A stretch of 64,000 nt of DNA from positions 22,260 to 86,259 of IMG/VR virus record IMGVR_UViG_3300048790_000078; one strand, written 5' to 3'. This DNA comes from a virus. The first letter of the stretch is position 1. Every line of letters begins with the position of its first letter. Both the position numbers and the translations under genes were made by a program. Below the pieces are notes generated by a model, which was not told the origin of the DNA, did no database searches, and saw nothing but the letters and a program-made list of their open reading frames with translations. Shown one piece after another: positions 44,779 through 54,723 of this stretch.

Positions 44779-45329
44779 AGTGCTTTCCTTCCCACCAAAC
44801 CCCGCACGATCTCCCCTGCTTCCCCAGGCGGCAACTCTCGGGACCGCGGATCGCGTACAGGTTCAAGCCGCGGCGCCACACGGCCACCAGCGGCTTCCGG
44901 CAGACCATCCGGGTAATGTTCCGACCATTCTGGCGGAGGAAGCGCGTCCAGTGGCTTGTTGCCCATCGCGCAAAAGGCCCACCGGAATTCCTTCATTCCG
45001 GGCCACTTGTCGTACAGCCGAACGAACCGGCGAACGAAGTCCATCGCCTGCTTTTGGGTTTCGCACATCGCACACACCTCGGCCCCGATCAACGGCACCG
45101 CCTGCACCAGTGAATACCCGTAATTGCCGGCTATCATCTCAGCGACCAACGTCCCGTACTCGCTCGGGAGAACTGCAGGTTTTGCTACCGGCGGTTCGGC
45201 CGCCTGCTTCGCCAGCCCAACCAGCGCCACGCCACGGGGACACGAGCACCGCGCCATCCCGCCCTTCTCGGATTCCACCCAGTAGCCGCCGGCAGCGGCG
45301 CATCGTTCACACGGTTCAGGTAACGTCAT
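44775..45329 (-). CDS. Hypothetical protein downstream of the initiator (possible helicase-loader position)
   Basis: CERC...CSC motif; TAATG coupling. Confidence 0.6.
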   Translation of the reverse strand: MTLPEPCERCAAAGGYWVESEKGGMARCSCPRGVALVGLAKQAAEPPVAKPAVLPSEYGTLVAEMIAGNYGYSLVQAVPLIGAEVCAMCETQKQAMDFVRRFVRLYDKWPGMKEFRWAFCAMGNKPLDALPPPEWSEHYPDGLPEAAGGRVAPRLEPVRDPRSRELPPGEAGEIVRGLVGRKAL

Positions 45330-46117
45330 TATTTCTCCCCTAGCGCCATTTTCGTCAGCATGTTGTTTTCGTTCCTGCGCACCAACCGGTCCGGGACGTT
45401 CTGAAACAGGGATCCTGTTCCGTTCCGCGCAATCGCCGATTCGACGGCCTTCGGATCGTCTTCCCACCGGCGGTTATTGATCCACGTTGAGGCGTGTATC
45501 GGACGCTCCATCGATGCAATCTTCACGGACTGCAATCGAAGACCGGCGATCACAGCGTCGCGCTCATCCGGTTTGATCTTTCGGGCATCGGCTTTCCCGC
45601 GCGCCTTGTTTTCCTTGACAGGCCATGAGGGCCAGAAAACGCCATCAAACCATTGATCTGATTCGGCTTGCATGGAAGGTTTTCTTTTCTGTTTAAGATC
45701 AAAAACAGAACCTTCAGAATCAGACTCAAACGGGCGTATGTGATCGGACGAACTATCGTCCGTATGTACGTCCGTATCATCGGATGTTGAACGGTCCCTG
45801 CGTCTTCGTACAGCATCCGAAGCCTGCTCACTCTTCGATATTGCGCGCGTTCTCTCTATCTCTTGTCGCGAGTTGTAAAGCCTTTCTTGACCACTGAAAC
45901 AGACAACCACACGCGGCCACAGCTTTGCAAATTCTTTCACCGGTATACGGAGAACGCGGGCGATTTCCTCGGGATTGGTCGGCAGTCCGTCATTCGTCCA
46001 TGATGCGTTCAGGCAGCGATGGAAGAGTCCCAGTTCGGCCAGCGACATGGCTGCGTATTTAGCGTCTGCCTCGGCGTCCTTTGGGAACCATCGGAAGTAT
46101 GGGAGTTCCTTCGCCAT
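45329..46117 (-). CDS. DUF1376/YdaU-family replication initiator
   Basis: LPYFRWFPKD...MSLAELGLFHRCL..SW...GLP...LYNSRQEIE; C-term FWPSWPVK...HASTWINNRRWED. Confidence 0.8.
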   Translation of the reverse strand: MAKELPYFRWFPKDAEADAKYAAMSLAELGLFHRCLNASWTNDGLPTNPEEIARVLRIPVKEFAKLWPRVVVCFSGQERLYNSRQEIERTRAISKSEQASDAVRRRRDRSTSDDTDVHTDDSSSDHIRPFESDSEGSVFDLKQKRKPSMQAESDQWFDGVFWPSWPVKENKARGKADARKIKPDERDAVIAGLRLQSVKIASMERPIHASTWINNRRWEDDPKAVESAIARNGTGSLFQNVPDRLVRRNENNMLTKMALGEK

Positions 46118-46677
46118 TACTCGGCAGCCTCTTCTTTTCGCCGCTTCAAAATTCCAGAGACGTATCTTGCAAATCCGTCCCGGCCGTCGAAGTACCTCTT
46201 GCTGTCTCTCCACGCCGCTTTTTGGATAGCCCCTTCTACCTCGTCAACCCCGTACTCCCGAATCCAGCGGAGTATTGTGGATGTCTGCGGGGCGTCGTAA
46301 TAAATTCTGGCGTGTTCTGTCCAGTACGCCAGAACATTATCAGCGATCTCCTTGTAGAGGTCGTCCAGAACCTTCTTGGATTCCAGGTAAATGCGGGCTT
46401 CGGAAATCTCCTGCTGGACCGCCAGGAGTTGCATATTCGCGTCAGGTCGAACGGTCACCGCTCCTAAGACACGGTCGCTCTTTCCTGCGTTGCAATCGAC
46501 ACACGACGTCGTGAGGTTCTCTTCTGTATCCTCGCCGCCCTTACTCAGCGGGTGGATATGGTCCAGTTGAAGAACCGCATCGGGCGGCCTTAGTCCACAG
46601 TACTGGCAAGTGAAAAGATCACGTTCAAAGATTGCAAAGCGGGCGCGCTTTGACCTGGAGGTTCTTGCTTTCGGCAT
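46117..46677 (-). CDS. HNH (McrA-like) endonuclease
   Basis: RFAIFERDLFTCQYCG...LDHIHPLSKGG...SCVDCNAGK. Confidence 0.88.
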   Translation of the reverse strand: MPKARTSRSKRARFAIFERDLFTCQYCGLRPPDAVLQLDHIHPLSKGGEDTEENLTTSCVDCNAGKSDRVLGAVTVRPDANMQLLAVQQEISEARIYLESKKVLDDLYKEIADNVLAYWTEHARIYYDAPQTSTILRWIREYGVDEVEGAIQKAAWRDSKRYFDGRDGFARYVSGILKRRKEEAAE

Positions 46678-46943
46678 CAGCCGGCCACCACGTGTGTGGC
46701 TGCGGCTCCCGGCGCCTCCATACTGCGCTGAACCGTCTGGATGGCGCTCTGGAACAACCAGCGCTTCTCAATCGGCCGCTGCTTGTCCGGGGTGTCCTTG
46801 CACTCTCGCCAGGCGTTACGGATAGCGCGTTTCAGTTCCTGGGGGATTGGGGCGAAGTGGGTCTTGCAGAAAAACCCCTCGGCCATCACAGTGCAGCCAG
46901 GGTAATTGCAACGAGGTTTCGGCGGTGACTTCGGTTTCTTCAA
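46677..46943 (-). CDS. Hypothetical protein
   Basis: AAGGAGG RBS; CNYPGC..FCKTHF. Confidence 0.65.
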   Translation of the reverse strand: MKKPKSPPKPRCNYPGCTVMAEGFFCKTHFAPIPQELKRAIRNAWRECKDTPDKQRPIEKRWLFQSAIQTVQRSMEAPGAAATHVVAG

Positions 46944-47076
46944 GCAATCCCTCCTTGGGATTCAGAGGCATCGGGCCGGGCAAGGAGTTCCGACCCGATT
47001 CGCGCCTCAGTCTTTGCGGACAGCAACGACCGCAAACTTAGTCTACCGCGCTCCACTCCTCAGAGCAAGCGCCGGC

Positions 47077-47964
47077 TCAACGTCTATCGATAACGATTCC
47101 AGCCGATGCTGCCCGCACGTCACAGGAATTGCATAGCGGCCCCGTGGGCACTACCATCACGCCTTTCTTTCCGTCCGGGCGCGTTCCCCAGCGGTGATGC
47201 TTACCGCACGCTTTGGCAATCACCGCGAGCCTGTCAATCTCCGTCGCCACGTCAGGCGCGTAGCGGCGAATCATCGTCAGTTCGTCCACCCGCGCGAACG
47301 CTCCACAGAAACACTCCCCAGACATCGCCAGCGGACTTTCCTTAATCGGATTACGCGGGAGGTCTTCGGCGCTCATGTACGCCGCCTGATCCGCCTGGGT
47401 GAAGTTGTGGCAAGGCGCGGTCCAGTATCGGCGCTTGTTGGCGATCCGCCGCGTTACCGGAAACAGCAACTCGTTTCGCATGTAATCCGAGTCCTTGATC
47501 GTTTCCTCGCCAATCTTCAGCGGTTCGACGCTGCCCATGCGGCGCGTGCTTTCTTCGGAACGGCATCCGGTTATCAGCGCAACTTTCTGCTTCGGGAACA
47601 ACTTCATGATCTTCCGAACGGCGCGCTCTTTGATTCGGTTATAAACCCATGCGTGGCGACCGGGGCCGGGAAATCCGCGATCTCGGACGAACTTCTCGTA
47701 CGTCTCAGTTTCGCTCTTGAACACGTGCAAGTTCCAACCGAACTCGTCGCAGGTTTCCTCAACGTGCCGCCGCGTGGCAAACGATCCAATTCCGGTGTCG
47801 ATGTGGTAAACGTCACCGGTGAACTTCTGGTGCGTGCTGGCGATCTTCACCGCCGTCAGAGAATCGTGTCCGCCGGAATAGAGCGGAACCATGACATCGG
47901 CACCGCGTTCAAAAGCCTCATCGATCACTGCCATCGAACTCTCCAGTAAAGCCTGTTCTGTCAT
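47077..47964 (-). CDS. PAPS-reductase family PP-loop protein
   Basis: LYSGGHDS, HIDTG, GFPGP, ITGCRSEESTRR, SGECFCG. Confidence 0.88.
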   Translation of the reverse strand: MTEQALLESSMAVIDEAFERGADVMVPLYSGGHDSLTAVKIASTHQKFTGDVYHIDTGIGSFATRRHVEETCDEFGWNLHVFKSETETYEKFVRDRGFPGPGRHAWVYNRIKERAVRKIMKLFPKQKVALITGCRSEESTRRMGSVEPLKIGEETIKDSDYMRNELLFPVTRRIANKRRYWTAPCHNFTQADQAAYMSAEDLPRNPIKESPLAMSGECFCGAFARVDELTMIRRYAPDVATEIDRLAVIAKACGKHHRWGTRPDGKKGVMVVPTGPLCNSCDVRAASAGIVIDRR

Positions 47965-48032
47965 TGCCCCATGTCCTTTACATTCGACGGGCGGCAACGG
48001 ACTCCCCGCAACCGCCCGCCATCCCTGCAACC

Positions 48033-48287
48033 TCAGACCGCCGGATCATCGCCGGGGCCTGAATTACCAGGTTTCTTATAGCTCAACCACCTCGCGACCA
48101 GATACTCCGCGAATTCATCACCCGGCTTGAGGGCGCGCCCGTCCCCCAGCGTAATCGAACCGCCGTTTTCATCGCTGTAGAGGACATACTCGACAACTTT
48201 TCCGTTCAGCAGCACAACAGACTGCCCGCGGTCGCCCGGCGGCGGAAGCTCCATAACATCGCCGGTAATCAGGTTTTTCATCTTCAT
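48033..48287 (-). CDS. Hypothetical protein
   Basis: Operon ORF. Confidence 0.5.
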   Translation of the reverse strand: MKMKNLITGDVMELPPPGDRGQSVVLLNGKVVEYVLYSDENGGSITLGDGRALKPGDEFAEYLVARWLSYKKPGNSGPGDDPAV

Positions 48288-48324
48288 TGCGTCCACCACT
48301 CCACCACTAGCATACGGACAGGCA

Positions 48325-48912
48325 TTACTGCAGCACCGCCCAGTGCCGTTGCTCGTGAAAGGCTTCCGGATTGCCGCCCATGTCCGGATGCACCGCTTTC
48401 GCCGCGAGCCGGTAGGCGCCCTGTAAATCGCCTCTGACCTGCTTCTCCGCCCAGCCTGTCTGCTGAGACAGGAAAGCCACCGCCCTTGCTCGGCTATCGC
48501 CCGCCGGCGGCAGCGCCGCGAACCCGCGGTACTGCTCATTGTTGCGGGTGACGCCGTAGCGGTCCACCATGCGCAGCGCCTGGAGCGACAGCGCGATCGC
48601 GCGGAGGTTATCCTCCCAGCCATTGAATCGGTCGCACGGGAACGACATCTGCCCGCTAGAGCCCATGAACGTCACAATCACGCCAGGCTGAGATGGACGC
48701 GCTGCCGACCTCGGCCACCCATCGTTGCGGATATCTTCGCGCTTCAGATGCGCCTGAATCAGGATGTCCGTTGCCTTCAGGTGCTTCAGTTCAGTTTCTA
48801 GGAGATCCAGCGTGCTGGCGTATGCCGCCCGGAACGGAGCGTGCTTCCGCTTCCAACTCGGCGTCGGGACTCCGGGCCACTGGTCGACAGCGACGAAACA
48901 GGCGTCGATCAC
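48325..48912 (-). CDS. Phage protein with C-terminal J-like domain
   Basis: PCDRF..WEDNLRAIALSLQALRMVDRYG...AYRLAAKAVHPDMGG. Confidence 0.8.
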   Translation of the reverse strand: MIDACFVAVDQWPGVPTPSWKRKHAPFRAAYASTLDLLETELKHLKATDILIQAHLKREDIRNDGWPRSAARPSQPGVIVTFMGSSGQMSFPCDRFNGWEDNLRAIALSLQALRMVDRYGVTRNNEQYRGFAALPPAGDSRARAVAFLSQQTGWAEKQVRGDLQGAYRLAAKAVHPDMGGNPEAFHEQRHWAVLQ

Positions 48913-49079
48913 GGCTTTGATGTCCTTCCTCTGGGAACATGCTGGTCAATAAGGCTTTCCAGCCACGGTTCTGGCTTTTGCTTTGCCAGCGCTGCCGCCG
49001 CCCTGATGCGAAACTCCAAGGTGCGCGACACTCTGGGACGCCAATAATCCGGCTTCTCTTCTGTTTTCTTAGCTGCCAT
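48909..49079 (-). CDS. Small RHH-like regulator, first gene of the leftward arm
   Basis: Manual translation MAAKKTEKKPDYWRPRVSRTLEFRIRAAAALAKQKPEPWLESLIDQHV; GTGA overlap; starts about 7 nt after the -10 box. Confidence 0.6.
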   Translation of the reverse strand: MAAKKTEEKPDYWRPRVSRTLEFRIRAAAALAKQKPEPWLESLIDQHVPRGRTSKP

Positions 49080-49085
49080 GCGAAC

Positions 49086-49130
49086 ATGATACGACTACCG
49101 TTGACATTTTGTCCAGAAAACCCTTATGAT
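49086..49130. promoter_or_regulatory. Overlapping divergent sigma70 promoters
   Basis: Plus: TTGACA(49101)-18-TATGAT(49125). Minus: TGGACA(49115)-18-TATCAT(49091). Located at the strand switch. Confidence 0.7.
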
Positions 49131-49195
49131 GCTTTCGTGAGCACCAATCCATCCACCACACCTCGGCCGTCCTGGCCACCGAAGGAAAACACAAC

Positions 49196-49798
49196 ATGAA
49201 AATGAAGCTTTCAAATGTCTCCATCACCGGAATCGCGGTCGTGAACTCCAAAAAGAACTCCGGCGGCGCGGTCTGCCGGATCCAGATGTCGGTAAACCTG
49301 ACGAAGTCGGCCCGCAAGGCTCTGGGAATCGGAGACGAACAGGAATGGCCGCCATCGCCTGAGTCCGCAGGGAAGATCCGCGCGAGCTTCGACGCGACCC
49401 GCCTGGTTCTCAAGGCGAAGCAGGGCAACACGCTCGGGGAGCCGGAAGAGCTCGATATCGCAATCACGCTGGCGGACGGCTGGCGGTGGAAAATGGAAGA
49501 CCCGAAAGACGAAACCAACACCACGGTCGAATACACTTTCTCGGCCCGCACTGCGGATGAAGCTGCAGCGCTGCTGGCGGTCGGGTATAAGTTTTCCGCA
49601 TCCTCTGCGGACTCGACGGGCGAGCTCTTCTATAACAAGCCTGGCGACGGCACGCAGGTCGATATGTCGAACGAGGATGAGGATTCCGCCCAGCCGCTTC
49701 TCGACGGCGCGGAAGCTGCGGAAGAAGGCGACGGCGAAGGTATCCACACCATGAAGCGGGGCCGCGGGCGCCCTCGCAAGGACGCAACAGTTCAGTAA
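49196..49798 (+). CDS. Hypothetical protein with acidic linker and C-terminal AT-hook
   Basis: KRGRGRPRK. Confidence 0.75.
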   Translation: MKMKLSNVSITGIAVVNSKKNSGGAVCRIQMSVNLTKSARKALGIGDEQEWPPSPESAGKIRASFDATRLVLKAKQGNTLGEPEELDIAITLADGWRWKMEDPKDETNTTVEYTFSARTADEAAALLAVGYKFSASSADSTGELFYNKPGDGTQVDMSNEDEDSAQPLLDGAEAAEEGDGEGIHTMKRGRGRPRKDATVQ

Positions 49799-49897
49799 GG
49801 GTTCGTAGCTGGAGCCGTGGCCGATTCGCAAGGCTGCCGCTGATGGCCGGGAAGCGAGACGGATACCGAAGACCTCAGGACCGTACCTTGCCATTTT

Positions 49898-50254
49898 CAG
49901 AGCGAACGCGGGGCGGCGCGTAATCCGCCCGGCAAATACTTATGAAAAACGACGGACACAGGGAGCGGCACGAACTCCTGCACAAGAATCTCGACGAGCT
50001 TATCGCGGACTGGATTCGCCACAATCCCGGCAAGATCCCGTCAACCTCGACCATCATGGATCTCATGAATTGGTCGCACAAACAAACTCTCAACCCAACC
50101 GAGTTATAGGACAGACACCATGAGCGAACAGGACGAACGTCAGCAAACCGCCGTAGTGCGGCAGGAATTCAATGCGGTGGTGGAGAGCCAGTTTCACGAG
50201 ACTGCCGCCAGCGCGATCGCAGAGCGAACGCGGGGCGGCGCGTAATCCGCCCGG
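49898..50254 (+). repeat. Perfect 35-bp direct repeat (49898-49932, 50220-50254) containing a GGGCGG/CCGCCC hairpin
   Basis: CAGAGCGAACGCGGGGCGGCGCGTAATCCGCCCGG occurs twice. Confidence 0.92.
49942..50109 (+). CDS. Small hypothetical protein
   Basis: Manual translation MKNDGHRERHELLHKNLDELIADWIRHN... Confidence 0.65.
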   Translation: MKNDGHRERHELLHKNLDELIADWIRHNPGKIPSTSTIMDLMNWSHKQTLNPTEL

Positions 50255-50287
50255 TGAACCAATGGTTCAGGTTCAAAGGAGAATTTC

Positions 50288-50875
50288 GTGCCGCGCGAAC
50301 GTATTCAGATCGGTTCGAGGAAATGTCAGCAGTGCGGCGGCGTCTTCCCTGTCTTCGACGACTGCGAGAACCAGAAGTTCTGCAATCACAAGTGCATGGG
50401 AGTCCATTATCGAACCGCCAATATCATTCACGGCCACGCGGCGGGCGGGGTGATCAGTCCTGAATATGCAACATGGGCATCGATGCTTGCCCGGTGCTTC
50501 GATGAAAATTCAACGAGTTATCCGCGATACGGAGGGCGCGGAATAACGGTCTGCGAGCGCTGGTGGGACTTCCAGAACTTTCTTGCCGACGTTGGATTGA
50601 AGCCATCGCCCGAGCTTTCCATCGACCGCTTCCCCGATAACAATGGAAACTACGAACCGGGCAACGTGCGATGGGCCACAAAGAAACAGCAGGCCCGTCA
50701 CCGGCGAAGTTCTCGCCTCATAACCGCATTCGAACAAACGCTCACTCTGGTGGAGTGGTGCGAAATCAAAAACATTCCCATTCAGACGTTATGGAACAGG
50801 CTCGACCGTGGCATTGCGCCCGAGATCGCCTTGACCATAAAGCGTCATCAGAAGGTCAGGAGCCTTTTAGCATGA
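50288..50875 (+). CDS. HNH homing endonuclease
   Basis: YATWASMLARC...YGGRGITVCERW...SIDRFPDNNGNYEPGNVRWAT. Confidence 0.88.
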   Translation: MPRERIQIGSRKCQQCGGVFPVFDDCENQKFCNHKCMGVHYRTANIIHGHAAGGVISPEYATWASMLARCFDENSTSYPRYGGRGITVCERWWDFQNFLADVGLKPSPELSIDRFPDNNGNYEPGNVRWATKKQQARHRRSSRLITAFEQTLTLVEWCEIKNIPIQTLWNRLDRGIAPEIALTIKRHQKVRSLLA

Positions 50876-52056
50876 GCGAACAGAACACAGAAACCACGGA
50901 AACAACGCAGGAAATCCAAACAACCCAACCGCAACCCCGGCGAACCGAGGTTATCGTTCCGGACATGCTCAGCATGGTCACTGGATCCCGTGCCGATGAA
51001 CGAGACCAGCTTATCCTGATGCGGGCGAAATTCGATTACGCCCAGCGCATCGCCAAACTGTTCGCCGTCTCGGGGTGCTTCGCAGACGTAAAAGACACAC
51101 GCGAAGAGGTTGCCATCGCCAAGGCATTGGTCAAAATCAAGCTGGGCGAGAGCATGGGCTTCACCGAAGCGGAAGCGATGAGTGGGATCGACATTATCCA
51201 GGGGCGCGTTGCGGTCGGCGCCAATCTCCGCGCTGCCAGGATGCAGCGGTCCGGCTTCTCGTGGCCGCAGATGATCGTCAACGACAAGGGGTGCTGGATA
51301 CCGCTGATGTTCAAAGGCGAACCGCTGATGCACCAGAAGGTCGATGAAGACGGCCAGACCGTCATCGTGAACGGCGCGCCCGTGATGGTTCAGGTAGTTG
51401 TATCTTTCACGCTGAAGGATGCACAGCTCGCGGGGCTGTCGGCGAAGGACAACTACAAGAAAGACCCCAGTTCGATGTTCTTCGCCCGTGCCATCACCCG
51501 CGCTCAGCGGAGGTATGGGCCCGGGGTTCTCGGCATCGATATTCTGGACACCTACGAAGCTGGCGACCTGATCGAGACCACGGAACCCGTTTCGCGCCCG
51601 GACAACAGGGAATCCCCACAAGAGCACAGCGCCAGGATTCACCAGAAGATCCACGAGCAGGCCGAGGAGGCCCGCAAACAAGCCGAGCAGCCGACCACGA
51701 AGGCCGACGACAAGCCGGCGGCGGCCGAGACGAAAGCGCCCGCCGCTGAGACGAAACCTGCAGCAACTGAACCGGAGCGCGCTGCTGGCGAGACGAAGAC
51801 GGGAAAGGGCTGGCCGAGCCGGCCGGAGATGATGTCAGCCTTCCGGTATTTGATCCAGCAACTCGACGAAAAAGAGGTTTGGCAGATCTTCGGCGCCAAC
51901 TCCATCGCCGAGGAAGGCGAGCTCGACCCGGCAGGCTCCAATGACACCATGCGTGCCTTTGAAGCGCTGAAGGCGGCAGTGGCGGCGAAGAACAAGCCTG
52001 CGGATGAGCCGGAGACTCTGTTCGGGAACCGCAATCGGACTGGGAGGAAATCATGA
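50872..52056 (+). CDS. Single-strand annealing protein (RecT/Redbeta-like)
   Basis: LVKIKLGESMGF...IDIIQGR...VSFTLKDAQLAGL...YKKDPSSMFFARAI. Confidence 0.65.
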   Translation: MSEQNTETTETTQEIQTTQPQPRRTEVIVPDMLSMVTGSRADERDQLILMRAKFDYAQRIAKLFAVSGCFADVKDTREEVAIAKALVKIKLGESMGFTEAEAMSGIDIIQGRVAVGANLRAARMQRSGFSWPQMIVNDKGCWIPLMFKGEPLMHQKVDEDGQTVIVNGAPVMVQVVVSFTLKDAQLAGLSAKDNYKKDPSSMFFARAITRAQRRYGPGVLGIDILDTYEAGDLIETTEPVSRPDNRESPQEHSARIHQKIHEQAEEARKQAEQPTTKADDKPAAAETKAPAAETKPAATEPERAAGETKTGKGWPSRPEMMSAFRYLIQQLDEKEVWQIFGANSIAEEGELDPAGSNDTMRAFEALKAAVAAKNKPADEPETLFGNRNRTGRKS

Positions 52057-53546
52057 GCGAGCTTTTCATCAAGAAGATCCGCGTCACCAACGCGCGGTGT
52101 GTCAAAGAGGCCGTTTTGAACTTCGGCCCGAAAGTGCCCGGACAGGGGCAGTTCGAGGAGATCGTCGGAGAGAACGCTGCCGGCAAAACCACTCTGAAAG
52201 AGATGATCGACAAGATCTGGCGCGGAGGTAAAGACCCGACGCTGGTCCGCAACGGCGCCGACGTCGCCGAGGGATCGATCCTGCTCTCTGACGGCCACCT
52301 GTCGGTCCGGACGCACACCCGCACCGAATCCACGTTGACAATAATCGGGCCGGAAGGCGTCAAGGTCGAGGGCGGTCCCGTCACATGGCTGAAGCGGTTG
52401 GGCCCGTGGTTCTCGCGTGACCCTGTCGCATTCGACGACGCGGATCCGAAAAAGCGGCTGGAGATGCTGCTGGAGATGGCGACGGACGTGACGTTCGAGC
52501 CGGCGGAGATCGGGAAGTGTTTGGGGCGGGAAGTGGCGAAGACCATTCCCGCCCCGGCCGATGTGATCGACCTGAAGGAGTTCGGAAAGTTTCACCAGTC
52601 GGTAGTTGACCGGCGGGCGGCCACCGGAAGGCAGCAGAAGGAGAAGGCTGGGTTTATCGAGACGCTGCGCAAGACGCTGGTGGCGCCGGAAGGTGCTCCG
52701 GTAGACTGGGCGGCGCGGCTGGCGGAAGTCGAGCGGCAGATCGCGGCGATCGCGAAGACCGAGGACTCTGAGATCTCCGCAATCGGGCGCGCGGCGGCCG
52801 TGAAGCGGCTGGAACTGAATGCCGACATCCGCAAACTGGACGATAAGGCTCAGTCGGACTTCGCGACCATGCTCGCCAGTGCCCGCTCTGGCGATACCAA
52901 CAATCCGGAATGGGACGAAGACGAACCTGCCGTGATGGCCACTCTCCGGATGCTGGCGTCACGGTACCAGGCTCTGAATCTCCTCAACGAAGGCGAGGCG
53001 GAATCGGTCCAGGCGGCAAAGGACCGCGCTTCTGCGGCGCGCGAGGCTCTGGCTGCAGCAAAGGCCGAAGCCCGCGCCGGTGCCGACACCCAGCTCAGGG
53101 AACAGGGGACGCTGGCGGGGATCGATAAGACCACGACCGAGTGTCAGGCTCTGAGCGCGCTGTACGACAGCCTGGACAACGCCGCGCATGCTCTCGATAA
53201 GCTCCGGAAGTCGAAGGTCGACAAGGCTCTCCTGAAAGGCATGGAGGTCCGGGCCGATGGCCTGATCTACATGAACGGTATCGACTGGGATGCGGAGAAT
53301 ACAGCCACCAGGCTGTTCAACTCGATCGCGCTCTGCACCCGGGCGACCGGCGATATCTGGGATGGGTTCGTTTGCATCGACGGCGGGGAGAGGTTCGGGC
53401 CGAAGCGGAAAGAGGAGATCCGGCAGGCTGTAATCAGGAGCGGGGTTCAGGCGGTGATGTTCACCGTGGCCAGTCCGGAGTGGATTGCCGAGCACGGGCC
53501 AGACATGCAGAGCGTCCGCGGCGGGTTCCTGACGGTAGCGAAGTAA
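52053..53546 (+). CDS. SMC/Rad50-like coiled-coil ATPase
   Basis: IRVTNARCVK, Walker A GENAAGKT, long coiled coil, Walker B-like VCIDGGE. Confidence 0.8.
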   Translation: MSELFIKKIRVTNARCVKEAVLNFGPKVPGQGQFEEIVGENAAGKTTLKEMIDKIWRGGKDPTLVRNGADVAEGSILLSDGHLSVRTHTRTESTLTIIGPEGVKVEGGPVTWLKRLGPWFSRDPVAFDDADPKKRLEMLLEMATDVTFEPAEIGKCLGREVAKTIPAPADVIDLKEFGKFHQSVVDRRAATGRQQKEKAGFIETLRKTLVAPEGAPVDWAARLAEVERQIAAIAKTEDSEISAIGRAAAVKRLELNADIRKLDDKAQSDFATMLASARSGDTNNPEWDEDEPAVMATLRMLASRYQALNLLNEGEAESVQAAKDRASAAREALAAAKAEARAGADTQLREQGTLAGIDKTTTECQALSALYDSLDNAAHALDKLRKSKVDKALLKGMEVRADGLIYMNGIDWDAENTATRLFNSIALCTRATGDIWDGFVCIDGGERFGPKRKEEIRQAVIRSGVQAVMFTVASPEWIAEHGPDMQSVRGGFLTVAK

Positions 53547-53893
53547 GCGGGCTTGCCGCCGATAGAGAGCAGGGAGAAGGAGATGATGACTGAATTGTTT
53601 TTGGCGATGAGTCTTTTACTGGACGGAGATATCCCGGTTGATCCCCGCCAAATGGCCACGGGAGATCGAGCTTGTGTTTTCCCTGTCCACTCATCCAGGG
53701 AGTCGAACATATGGGTTAGTCCAGGCGCTGTGTACCGACGAAACGATGGCTGTATTTTCACGTTGCAAAAAACCGGATTCGGTTGGAGAATTTTCACTAA
53801 AGGGATACCGATCAAGGTAATCGGGACTACGCCGGATTCCGAATTCGCATCGTTTGGATGGCTGAAACTTGGGCCGCACGCTGAGGTAATCCA

Positions 53894-54205
53894 ATGACCG
53901 ACTCGAAACCCCTGAGCCTGCGCGACCAGGCGATACTGACGGCCAACGCGCTGGATAACGTGGCGATGGAACTGGAACGAAACTGGCCGAACAAGGCGGA
54001 AGTTCTCCGCTCCCACGCTATGGACCTGCGGGCGATCGCCGAAGCGGAGAAGTCCGATATCGAGCGCCTGAAGGCCAGCCATGCGGATCTGCTGAAGGCC
54101 CTGAAAGCAAAGCGTGAGTGGCACGAAAACTACTACGGCGAAGACCCTGTAACCGACATCTTGGTCGATACGGCCATCGCCAACGCGGAGGCGCTGAATG
54201 CCTGA
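53894..54205 (+). CDS. Hypothetical protein
   Basis: GAGG RBS. Confidence 0.6.
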   Translation: MTDSKPLSLRDQAILTANALDNVAMELERNWPNKAEVLRSHAMDLRAIAEAEKSDIERLKASHADLLKALKAKREWHENYYGEDPVTDILVDTAIANAEALNA

Positions 54206-54399
54206 GATGACGCCTGAACAGGTAGCCGACGCCATCGCGAATTCAATTTTCGCGGGCAGTTGACCGTTCAGGGAGCGAACGGAGCGCATGTGAAGTACAA
54301 GCAGAAGGGATGCGGAAACCTGGTATTCTTGATGCCGATTCGGGATTGGGAAGTCTGGATGAAAGTCGATACCACGACGCTGCTGAAACGAGGCACTGA

Positions 54400-54723
54400 A
54401 TGACTGAACCGCTTTTCAACGCCGCCCGACTGGCTATGATAGACACCAAAATCGCACCTGGTCGCAATGGAGTAATACCTGGGGGCAGAAAGATAATCCG
54501 CGACCTCCGCGCGTCACAGAAGGAACTGGTGGAGGCGCTGAGAAAGGCGGTGTCTGCTGCATCTTATGCCGTTCGGCTGGCCGAGGATACGCTGGCCTGC
54601 GGGAACTCCCCCAATCCCGCTGTCAAAGCGGACTGGGCCGGTACCGTCGCTCACATGTATGCCGCGATGAACTTTGTAACCGAGGCCCGTTCGGCCCTCC
54701 GCAATGCAGGGGTGGCCGAATGA
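54400..54723 (+). CDS. Hypothetical protein
   Basis: ELVEALR...ARSAL. Confidence 0.55.
   Translation: MTEPLFNAARLAMIDTKIAPGRNGVIPGGRKIIRDLRASQKELVEALRKAVSAASYAVRLAEDTLACGNSPNPAVKADWAGTVAHMYAAMNFVTEARSALRNAGVAE

Noticed and set aside
49799-49893. tRNA-like sequence (GGGTTCGTAGCT...CCA)
   Set aside because: No T-loop or anticodon arm, and the acceptor stem does not pair in register.
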